From positions 1 to 64,000 of IMG/VR virus record IMGVR_UViG_3300033058_000221: a DNA stretch of 64,000 nucleotides; one strand, written 5' to 3'. The notes below the pieces were generated by a model. It saw only the letters and a program-made list of their open reading frames with translations, made no database searches and was not told where the DNA came from. Positions within the stretch are counted from its first letter, which is position 1. Each line of letters begins with the position of its first letter. The DNA is from a virus. This document shows positions 42,843 through 53,100 of the stretch, piece by piece. The position numbers and the translations under genes were made by a program.

Positions 42843-43181
42843 ATGGGAACTGAATGCTCAGCATCCTTTGGTGTTAATTTTATATTGAGTATCGATGCAG
42901 ACGTTACGCTAACCCGTGTATCCGTCGAGCAGCAGCCTGGGTTTGTCAGTATCTGGTATTGGAGCGTCTATTTCACGTATGTGACAGGGGATCCGCCAGC
43001 GACGGCGTTTCGTCTTAATTCTGCCGACGGTCTGACAGGTACGTTCTCTCCGCGCAAGCCGAAGAGCGGCGATAATCCGTTGGAAGTCAGAAACGGTGTT
43101 TTATTCGGCACAGTGCAGCAGGTAATACCAGAGGGGCAGAGTGCTACCTATAACGGCACAGTTACAATCATACAAGCATAG
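42843..43181 (+). CDS. paralogue 4 (most diverged), 112 aa
   Basis: MGTECSASFGVNF ... YNGTVTIIQA. It lacks the second Cys and starts directly after the previous stop. Confidence 0.5.
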   Translation: MGTECSASFGVNFILSIDADVTLTRVSVEQQPGFVSIWYWSVYFTYVTGDPPATAFRLNSADGLTGTFSPRKPKSGDNPLEVRNGVLFGTVQQVIPEGQSATYNGTVTIIQA

Positions 43182-43190
43182 GTGGTTTTT

Positions 43191-44003
43191 ATGTCAACAG
43201 CGAAAGCAGCCGTTCAGCATGCTGCGATTTTTACGACTGAGATCGTCTATGCGCGGGCTTTTTTTCTAACAAGTCCTACGGAACGTCCGTTGACACCGGG
43301 CGAGACACGGCAGTATCCGCTGAAGTATATGGTGGGTAACCGCTCATCTGCGACAGCGTTTCGTCTGGATTGGTACGCCACACGTGCTGATGCCGACGCT
43401 CGACAGAACAAGTTGACAGACACCGATAGGCTACCGACGGCGCAATTCATACCGGCAACACCGAACACAGATGGGGCAGCTGATGCGCTAAAAGATGGCA
43501 CAGTGCTTTTGACAGCACCCGCTTCAAACGGATATGAGAATCCTGTTGGTATCATCGAGATGGTGCAGGATACGGGGGATTTCATTAAGCCCCACATCTA
43601 CCTGCTGAACGACACAATCGAAACCTTTTTTGATGTCGAGTTTCGGGAGTATCAATTGCGATACTGGGTCGGATACCCGGCGATAAATATGTTTGAAGTT
43701 GCGTGGTATGGGAACCGGTCAGACGCGAACTTGATGGTAGATCAGTTAACGGATGCTGACAGGTTGCCGCGTGTGGTCTTTATACCAGCGACACCGAACA
43801 CCGAGAATATCGAGGCAGGGACGTTGCAAAACGGTGTATTACGGTTGTACCGTCCAGTGAGTGATACGCCTTATGAAACGGCAGTCGGGCTTCTGTGTGT
43901 GCGTCAAGGCGGACTCACGGAGAAGGGTGACCCGAAAAAAAATCCTGTGAACTCGATTCAACCGCCTCGCCGTCGGCATTATCCGACCTGGGAGATACGG
44001 TAG
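43191..44003 (+). CDS. hypothetical protein with internal tandem duplication, 270 aa
   Basis: Track-ORF aa approx 40-131 and approx 151-244 both contain Y.L.Y.VG, WY..R.DA, LTD.DRLP, FIPATPNT, L..G and .VG. ATG 43191 is preceded by aggtgg. Confidence 0.5.
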   Translation: MSTAKAAVQHAAIFTTEIVYARAFFLTSPTERPLTPGETRQYPLKYMVGNRSSATAFRLDWYATRADADARQNKLTDTDRLPTAQFIPATPNTDGAADALKDGTVLLTAPASNGYENPVGIIEMVQDTGDFIKPHIYLLNDTIETFFDVEFREYQLRYWVGYPAINMFEVAWYGNRSDANLMVDQLTDADRLPRVVFIPATPNTENIEAGTLQNGVLRLYRPVSDTPYETAVGLLCVRQGGLTEKGDPKKNPVNSIQPPRRRHYPTWEIR

Positions 44004-44017
44004 AGAGGTAAATAATC

Positions 44018-45109
44018 ATGGCATGGACAGATTATGCAGACGATGTAGGTATAGGGGCACTTAGTGGTGCTGCGACGGGTGCAGCGCTCGGATCTTTTGT
44101 TCCGATTATTGGAACTGGACTCGGCGCAGCTGCCGGCGGGCTTATTGGCGGTATCGGCGGTTGGTTCTCTGAACGTGACCGCAAGAAGAATGCGAACTCC
44201 GCTGAGAACTTAATCAAGCAGTTTGCCGCTGGGCATAAGGACCCGTTATCTCCGGCACTGCGAGCGCGTGCGCAACGGCTTGCTATGGGTGGTCAAGGGG
44301 TTGATCCGCAGATGCAACGGCTTGCGCGGGCATGGGCTGCCGGTGAAGGTGGTATCTCCTACGACACGAACCTTGCGAATCAGATGCTCCGCGGCGATAT
44401 ACCCCCGTCGATGGCAGCAGCGATGGATCGCAGGATTGGCAATCGGTTTGACACCTTACGTCGTCAACAAGGCGGTCAACTCGCACGGACGGGTGTACTC
44501 CGGTCGTCTGCTGGTGGTCGTCTGATGGCAGATACCTACGACTCTGAACGCAACGCCTTGACAGACACATACATGAACACGATGCTCCAAAGGCAGGGTC
44601 TCGGACTGAATATCCTTGGTGCTGCTAACGCAGATTTGCGAGCGCGTCAAATGATGGGTGCGTCTGAATTGGGACGGCAGGCAGACAGAGATATGGCGTA
44701 CCAGCGACTCGGCTTCTCAATGCTCACAGACCCAAGCACATTAAACAGAGACAGTATTGCGTTGAATGCTCGATTGGGCTTACTCGGTCAGCAACAGGTG
44801 CGTAGAGATGCAACATTGGAGTCTGCGGGAAATCTCCTTTCCGGTCTCTATACGAATTACCAAGACCAGCAACGCTTTGATAAACTGCTCTCACAGCAAA
44901 ATAACCAGTTCTCACAGTTGATGGGGCTTTCATCTGGTGGTGGCGGCGGAAAGATTTCTCCGATCATGGCAAAAGCGAACCTATCGGCAGTGCAGCTCGG
45001 GGGTGGCAACATTTTAGGCAGTCGCGATCCGTTCAAGTTGTTAAGCCAGCAACGGACAGGTGCTGGTGGCTACGGTGCCCGGAACACGCCCTTGACAAGC
45101 AGGTATTGA
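44018..45109 (+). CDS. Gly-zipper N-terminal TM protein, internal-virion/ejection-protein-like, 363 aa
   Basis: GIGALSGAATGAALGSFVPIIGTGLGAAAGGLIGGIGGWF followed by a Gln/Arg/Leu-rich helical body. Its position lies upstream of the giant ORF. Confidence 0.5.
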   Translation: MAWTDYADDVGIGALSGAATGAALGSFVPIIGTGLGAAAGGLIGGIGGWFSERDRKKNANSAENLIKQFAAGHKDPLSPALRARAQRLAMGGQGVDPQMQRLARAWAAGEGGISYDTNLANQMLRGDIPPSMAAAMDRRIGNRFDTLRRQQGGQLARTGVLRSSAGGRLMADTYDSERNALTDTYMNTMLQRQGLGLNILGAANADLRARQMMGASELGRQADRDMAYQRLGFSMLTDPSTLNRDSIALNARLGLLGQQQVRRDATLESAGNLLSGLYTNYQDQQRFDKLLSQQNNQFSQLMGLSSGGGGGKISPIMAKANLSAVQLGGGNILGSRDPFKLLSQQRTGAGGYGARNTPLTSRY

Positions 45110-45112
45110 TGT

Positions 45113-45640
45113 ATGAAACAAAAAGTGTTTGAGGAAAAAGTCAGGCTCATTCTTTTCTGTGTCGGAAAAGATCGGTTTCGGACACCGCTCGAAGCTGCGC
45201 AAGGTTACCTCGGCGCGGCAGAAGAGACTTTGAAACTCGCGAAACAACTGAAAGCCGCAAAACGTGCTGTCAAAGATGTTAAAAGGGACATCAAAGTAGT
45301 AAAGTTGATTATATCGGAATTGGAGCAGTCGGATGATCTCTTAGAGATCGAAAAACGGTTGTTGATAAAGCAGTGCTTCAGGTGCCATGTTTGCGAAAAG
45401 ACCTTTACAGAGTCAGATATGAAAGTCGGCATTATGCATGTTGGGAGAGCCGATACGGAGAGTCGGTACAACCTCTGTAATGCCTGCTATCAAAACCGTC
45501 ATAAGATAAGCGAGTTAGAGACTGTTTGTTTTACGTGTCTGCATTGCAGAAACGCACTCGAGCACTATGTTTTAGAAAAAACAGATGACGGATGGCAGTG
45601 CCGGAAACCTTACGGCTTCTGCTTCCAAGGAGGTGAATAA
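45113..45640 (+). CDS. coiled-coil + Cys-rich (3 x CxxC) zinc-finger-like protein, 175 aa
   Basis: CFRCHVCEKTF...CNACYQNRH...CFTCLHCRNALEH. Confidence 0.5.
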   Translation: MKQKVFEEKVRLILFCVGKDRFRTPLEAAQGYLGAAEETLKLAKQLKAAKRAVKDVKRDIKVVKLIISELEQSDDLLEIEKRLLIKQCFRCHVCEKTFTESDMKVGIMHVGRADTESRYNLCNACYQNRHKISELETVCFTCLHCRNALEHYVLEKTDDGWQCRKPYGFCFQGGE

Positions 45641-46866
45641 TGTTAGGGCTCTTACGCGGTATAGACCGTGGTGTACAAAGGGAAGGCGCGGCACAGCGCG
45701 ACTATTACGGCACTGTGCTAAGCTCTAAAGAGAACCACCTCGACCGGCTGTTAAATCAGATTAGATACAACCAGCAGAGAAAATACCAGCGTGACCGCGA
45801 TGCTCGTGCTGATTATGTGTCCGATAGAAGCCACCAATACCGCCAAGACCGCGCAGAGCGTCAAGACTTTGTGACGGATCGTGCGTATGACAGGAGTATA
45901 ATAGAATCCGACAGAAGCCATGCGCTCCGTCAAAACGCCGATAGACGTGCCGGTGAAGCACACGAATTTCTATACGATCCGGAGACAGGGTATCAGGTCA
46001 TGCAGCGTGATTATCTCGGCAAACAGATCGAGGAATGGGATCTGGGCGCACCGAATCGCGCGTTGCAGCGGAAGCACGATGCGGCGATCATGGCTTACGA
46101 CATGGGCGAAGGGCTGAACACCCGTCGCCAACGGGACGCGATGACCCGTGAGGAATACATGGAATACTTGAGAGACGCGCCGCTCCGCGACTTAGAAAGA
46201 CGACGGCTTCAGAAGTACACGGAATACGAAATCGGTGAAGGGTTTGACGAGTACCGCGAAGACAGAAGTCTCAAGCAAGACCTTATCCGTGCGCAGATCA
46301 ATAACCTCAACCGTCCGCGGTCAACTTCGTCGAGTGGTCCCAAACCCTTGTCACCGACGTGGGCACAGACCCGCGACATCACCGTTGAGTCGCTTGCACC
46401 CCAGATCGCTGACCATGTTATGCGATACGGGGATTCTGGGCACTGGAACCCCGGCATCCCTTTTGTAGGGGGCCCTACATTCAAAAAGGAACACCCTTGG
46501 TCGAGTACGAACCCGAACGATCTGAGTCAGACGAAGTTGCTCCGCCAAGCGGGTGCGAACCTGATGCGTGAATTGACAGAGCGTGGCGTGGACCCGTTAT
46601 CTGCGCAGCGGATGGTGCCGGACTATTTCGACCAAATCCTTGAATCACGGGGCGACCTCTGGAGTCGTCTGAAACGGACATCGCAAACCGAAGGCTACAC
46701 AGATGCGGAACTGCGCAGAGAGATTAGAGACATTGTCTATCAGGGTGCCTGGAATTATACAATGTTCCCGGAAGGCGATGGGGACGCGCGACCCGGCGGA
46801 CAACAGGGTTCTGATGCGGACGCAATTCTTGATAGACCTTTAGGCATTGGCAATATTACAAGGTGA
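45640..46866 (+). CDS. Arg/Asp/Gln-rich hypothetical protein, 408 aa
   Basis: ATAATG-type overlap with the previous gene. Degenerate repeats DR(S/A)H.YRQDR / DRAYDRS / DRSHALRQ. Confidence 0.5.
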   Translation: MLGLLRGIDRGVQREGAAQRDYYGTVLSSKENHLDRLLNQIRYNQQRKYQRDRDARADYVSDRSHQYRQDRAERQDFVTDRAYDRSIIESDRSHALRQNADRRAGEAHEFLYDPETGYQVMQRDYLGKQIEEWDLGAPNRALQRKHDAAIMAYDMGEGLNTRRQRDAMTREEYMEYLRDAPLRDLERRRLQKYTEYEIGEGFDEYREDRSLKQDLIRAQINNLNRPRSTSSSGPKPLSPTWAQTRDITVESLAPQIADHVMRYGDSGHWNPGIPFVGGPTFKKEHPWSSTNPNDLSQTKLLRQAGANLMRELTERGVDPLSAQRMVPDYFDQILESRGDLWSRLKRTSQTEGYTDAELRREIRDIVYQGAWNYTMFPEGDGDARPGGQQGSDADAILDRPLGIGNITR

Positions 46867-47153
46867 TGAAAACAATTGAATCACGGTTAGAGATCCAATT
46901 CTCACAAGACAGGAAAACTTGGCGCGAGGGGCTCGCCCAAGGTGGCGATCTGTTTTTCCGAACCCGTTCGGTTATTAGTGGTGTCCCCACCAGATGGAAA
47001 GCGTATTGCCTTCCGGCTTATTTTATAGGTGTTCCTATCCCGGTCGTATGGCACATGCTCAAAGATATGCCAGAGAAACCGATAACTGTTGAAGAATATG
47101 ACACGATGTGTGCAGTTGCCGATGCTATTGGTAAATTGGTAGAGGAGAGATAA
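46863..47153 (+). CDS. hypothetical protein, 96 aa
   Basis: GTGATG overlap with the previous stop. It ends immediately before the giant ORF start. Confidence 0.45.
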   Translation: MMKTIESRLEIQFSQDRKTWREGLAQGGDLFFRTRSVISGVPTRWKAYCLPAYFIGVPIPVVWHMLKDMPEKPITVEEYDTMCAVADAIGKLVEER

Positions 47154-50100
47154 ATGGCTACACTTAGAGAGTATCTCACCCCAGCAGAACAAGAACGGTT
47201 TCGCAAATTGCATGCCCAGGGCTACTTTGACCCGATCACGCTCAATCGGTTCACGCAGCGGATGCGTCAAGAGTTTGAATATATCGACATGCTCCAGCGG
47301 CAGTTAGATCGTGCGACATCCGACATCGGGCGCGTAAGGGGCTCAACAGCACAGGATGTCGAAACCCGTTCAAGGCTTCAATACACGATTGACTACACGA
47401 AAGATCGGATACCGAGGCTTCGTGCAGGTGCCTTTGATTCTGCGTTGTCTGGCGACTTAAGCGGTCGGACGCGTCGGGCGATCCAAGACTTTGAGCGTGC
47501 AACACATGTACGTGAAGACGGTCAGTTAACATCCGCTGGCGATGCGTTTGCGGCGATTCCGTGGATTGGGGACTCTGCCGAAAAGAACTTAATGGCACGG
47601 GATTTGGAGAACCAGATACGTGAGCAGGGTATTGTAGATTACACAATCAACCTCGCTGGAAGTATGATCACAAGTCCTATCCGCGGTGCACACCAACTCA
47701 CGACAGGCGGTTTGGGTGAGAACCCGCTTGAAGCGATCGCAGAGATCGGCTCTGTGCTTCCGATCGGACGTGCTTTTGGGCGGTTCGCGCGTCCTGGCAG
47801 TCTTACCTCAAAAGCCGTGAGAAGCCCGTTATGGACGGTGCCCTCCTACACCGCACAGGTTTCGGATATCGTCGGTGCCGGCGAAGGTGCTTATAGCGAA
47901 CTGTTGGCAGAAGGTGCGATAGAGGCGATCGGTAGCGGTAGGGATTTAGTCCGGCATATCAGACAGCGACGCGCCTTCCCGGGTGTAGACCCCCAGCAAG
48001 AGATAGAAAGCCGTCAAGCCACCGAATCCACCACTGAACACGACAGGACGACAGGTTCACGCACTGCACCGGGAACACAAGGGCTATCGCCTGAAACGGC
48101 GCGTGCCGTAGAGCGTGCGCGTGCCGATTCGGCAGTGGAATCTGCTGAAGCGCAAGCTGCGTTAGATGCTGCCAAAGAAGAGCGTCGGACATCCATGGAC
48201 CAAGAACTGCGCAGGGCTGCTTGGGAACGGATGCTCATCGAGGCGGAGGAACGCGAAGCCGCCGAGGCGGAGCAAGCTGCTCGCGAGCAACGGTTTATCG
48301 ACCAAGACGATGCGTACACAGCGCAACAGCAGGCGGAAGCAGAAGCTGCCGCGGAACAACAGACTGCCGAAGCAGACCGCATCGAACACACCAAGAACTG
48401 GTTGCCCTTCTATTCGGATATGGCAGGCGGTTCACAGTCGGAAGGCATCCGCTTACTCAACCAAGAATACGAGGCTGGGGTCCGTGACCCCATAGCACAC
48501 CGCTATGACCAGATCGCATCGGGGTTAAGGGAACAGATGGGTGCTGCGCCATCAGAACTACACCGTGAAGCAGATAAACGTCTGCGGCAGCAGATCGGCG
48601 AGAAGTGGTATAACATCCACCGCGGCATAGACCAGCGACCGACACCCCAGGAACGTGCAGCGCGTGCTGAAGAAGCTGCCGAAAAGATTGTGGAGGGCAC
48701 AGATGAAGGAACAGACGGAGATACCGATACCGGAACCACTGCTACAGGCACTCAACAAACGGATAGAGAGACACAACAGGGAAGTGGCGAGGCGCAACCC
48801 GACGAAACCGATGTCGATAATGTACCCGCAACGGATATTCCTGACCCACGTGACAGTGTACCACCATCCCGGATCGGAACTGAAAACAGAGGCTACGAAT
48901 CCGACGGCACCACCGGACACAACGTCCGACCCGTCCTCCGAGAGTTAGACGATCTCGTACCCTCGCACCAGTTAGACGGCGAGGCACGCGAAGACTACCC
49001 GCAAGACTTGCAACCGAGAGGAGGGCGTGGTGGTGCGATCTCGATGGAACAGGTACGCAACACCGCCCGGAATCCGAACTTCGCTTTCCTCTTAGAGTTT
49101 TTCAAACAGTTTCGCGACGGCGCACCCGTGACGAGTAAGAAACACCCCCGGCGCGTCGTATCTGGTAACGGTCGCACGTTGGCACTGCAATTCATGCAGC
49201 AGAACTACCCGGAGAACTGGGAGGCATACCAAGCCGCGCTCCGTGAGGAACTCGCACGTGTCGGGATCGACCCTGCGGAAGCGGATGCGATGGAAGCACC
49301 CGTACTGACGTATGAGTTGATGGACGACATTGACGAGGTAGCACTCGCGAAAGATGCCAACACACAGGCAACCCTGGACCACACCGCCGCTGAACAAGCC
49401 GGTCAAGATGCGCAATACTTCGATAACGATTTGATGGCGTTATGGGAACCGGGTGAAGGAAGTTTTGAAGAGGTCTTGAAAAGCGAAGGAAACCAAGCAT
49501 TCCGGACAGCACTTTTCAGGCGTATCCCGACGCAATTGGTATCGGCGTTTATGACGGCGGATAACCGAAACTTCTCCGACGACGGTATCAAACGGATTCA
49601 GAATGCAATGATCCGATACGTGTTCGGTGAAGACATCGGTGACCAGCTGGCAAACGTTTTGATTGAACAGGGGCTGGAAGATGTCAAGAATGTTGAGACG
49701 ATGCTCCGGCATGCGATCGCATCACTCGCTTATGCGAAAGCAAACGGGCAGGATATTTCTACGCAGTTAGCATCGGCTATTTTTAGGTTCATTGAATTCA
49801 ATAAAACCGCCGAACGCGAGGCACGCGAACGCAAGCAGCCCAAAGATGTGATGCTCTATGCCAGCATTGAGGCGTTCTATAAGTCCGGCACACTCATCGA
49901 CGCACCCACACTGCTTGAAAAACAGTTGCTTTATCTTGTCTATGCCAAGCGGAACGCGCCGCGGCAACTCGCAGACGATTTCCAAGTGTGGGCACAAAAC
50001 GTTGTCGCCAGGGGACAGGCAGATGCAGCGAGTCTCTTTGACACAGCGATTTCAGAGGCGATCTTCGCAGGGATGATACGCGACTATATCCGTGAGACGA

Positions 50101-53100
50101 TCCTTGAGACCCAACAAACACAAGACGGGCAGACGGTGCTGGTGCCACCTGAAAGCATGCCACCCGAACTCGTAAGCCTACGCAGAGAGATGGACAAGAT
50201 GTCGGGCACCGCGGATAAAGATCGGTTCGCGAACGACTGGATCGATGCATTCCTGCGGATGATGAACGAAGGGGAGGAACAAAGTGAAACACAAGTCGAA
50301 GCAGATGTCGGAGGCACAGATGCAGGAGCTACGGGAACACCACGAGGAACAGGCGAAGATACAGACGAAGGAGTACCTGATCCAGGACGTGATACCGGAG
50401 CTGCAGCAACACCCGAAAGTGAAGGAGGCGTGGCCCCAACACAGCCACAAGGAACTGACGGAGATGACACTGGAGCAGCTGAAGGAGCTGCGGACGATGT
50501 ACCAGTTGACGATCGAGGATCAGATTTAAGTGTTTCCCGCGATAGTTTATCAGCACTCTTTGGCGGTCGGGTATGGATTACTGATGCGATTGTAGACAGA
50601 ATTAATGATGTGCTTCAGCAAAAAGGTGACCAGACAGATCGCACGGATATCCGCACAGTCAAATGGGAAAACGACAATGGGGAACGCGTCGGGTTCAGCG
50701 ATGCACAAATCAATTTGCTGATGTATTCACTCGCAACGGGACAGACACCAAACCAGATGCCAGATGGGTTCAGTAGCCGGCTTTCCGGCAGCGCGCTTGA
50801 AACCATCGCAGACTTTAGGAGGATCGCAGATGAAACTGACACGGTGGATGCTGATCAAGATGTTTCTACAGAGGAAGGTGGGGTGGACGCAGCTAATGTT
50901 CCACCTACGGAAACGCCGGTCGACGCGAACCAAGTCGTCGGTGTCAGCCGTCGGATCGAAACATCCGAAACAACCGTCTCACCTGTCATAGCAAACGCCT
51001 TACAGATGCTCGGTGTTTCTGCGGAGGAATGGGAACGCCAGAAGGCAGAAGGTACTGCGGAAGAATTTTTGAACACGCTCCCGCAAGATGAAGATTATCA
51101 GATTGATGCGGTTATCGATCTCGCAGGCGATATTGCCGGTGAGATGGATTATGATGATATAGCAGATGAAGACCTCGATCTCGACGACGAAGATTTCTTT
51201 TCCGATGTTGATGACGGAATTCTTCGCGATATTACCGACCAGCAAAGATCCGATTTCGAGACTGTCCGCAAGAAGTTATTCCTCTCAAAAACGATCGCAC
51301 GGCTTGAAGCGAAGGGCACGGATCGGACACCTATTGAGACGGCACGGCTCCGGGCATTGCAAGCACCGCAACGCACCGACCAACAACAGAGTATCTATGA
51401 AGAGATGCTCACTGCGTTTATTGATCAGCGGGTGGCATACCTTCAATCGAAACCGCAACGCAACACAACAGAAAACCGTATCCTCGAAGCTCTGGTTGCG
51501 GTACAAGCAGACGGACTCCCCGAAGAAGCATCAGACCTCTCACTCTACTCGGATTTAGAGACACCCGACCAGGAACACAGCCGTCCGCTCGCGGAGACGC
51601 GCACCCTTGCCGGCGTACAAGCACCCGATACCGCGGACACAGAACTCGATCTCCCGGAAGATGTTACTGCGGATAAAAACAAACTCTCGCCTGCGCAACA
51701 AAGCAGTGTGAAAGCGATTATCGCAGCGTTCCTGCGGAAGATCCACACCGATACCGACACGACCGTTCAAGGCGGATTCCTGCTCGGCGACAAACCGGGT
51801 GTCGGCAAAACACGCCAGGCGTTGGCGGCCATGTGGCACTACATCCGTCAAGGGATCAACAAACACTTCGTCCTCGCCCCGAACCAACAGATTTTGGATA
51901 ACTACTCAAAAGATATGCAAGCGATGGGCGGTCCCGCATCGGACATCTCGCACTACGATTCGGGTAATAAGAAACTGAAAACCCCGATCGGCACGGCGAC
52001 CTATTCCATGATTACCCGGAAACCTGACTTGGTGAACTTCGCCACCGCAGGAGGTAGCCAGAACGCTATTGCCGACATCGTTGAACACTTGACAGGCACA
52101 CGCCCGACACTCCAACAGACGCACCCGGCGGCGTATCAGGCACTCCGTGAAGCGTATGCCCGGATATTCCCAAACCTCCAAGACGGCGCATCTGTGGCGG
52201 ACGTGGTGGCAGAACTTCAACGGCAGGCTGGCACGGTGAACCGCGAAAACGCCGCGCATGTTCAGAATTTCCGTCAACGCGTAACACCGATGCTTGCCGA
52301 TTTACTGTTGGCAGAGGATGGGCAACAAGAATTGATTGCCGCCGGTGCGGAAGGCTCAGAGCTCTATACGCGCGTCGAGCAGCTGTTGAATTTTGCAGAG
52401 ACACACTTCGCTGCGCAAACCGATCCCAATTTCCGTAGCACGACCGAAGCCTTTGAAGGTGTGATCGTCCTCGATGAGATGCATAAAACCGCAGGCACGA
52501 ACTCACAGATCGGGCAGACGATTGCGAAACTTCATGAGCTGCTCCCGAACGCGAAATTCTTGTATATGTCCGCGACACCGTTCAAAGAGATCGATAACTT
52601 CTGGGTCGCAGAACGGCTTGGGCTTTGGGGTGCGAACCAACCCTTCCCGAGCTTCGACCGCTTCCGTCGGACGTTCAGACGTGCCTCGCGCGCTGTGAAA
52701 GAAGTTATCCCGCTCCACTTAAAACAGATCGGACGCTACATCTCGCGTGCGCTCTCATCAAAAGAGACACGCTACACACCCGTGGAAGTGCCGCTCACCG
52801 ACACAGAGAAACGGCAATACGATACAGCCGTCCAACTCGTACAAGGTATCCGCCAACGGTTTGACGCAGCGATCGACGCAGCACTGCGCACGGCGTGGGG
52901 CAGTATCATCGAAAGCGAAGGGATGGACGGTCAATACCGCGCGAAATACATGCGGATGTACTACGGTGCGATGCAGGTGTTCTACCTCGCAGTCTTGGAT
53001 GCCATGAAAGCACAGGGGCTTGAAGCAGACATCAAAGAGAAGCTCCAAAACGGCGATAAGGTGATCGTCCAGTTGGAAAACACGTGGGAAAAGTCAATCG

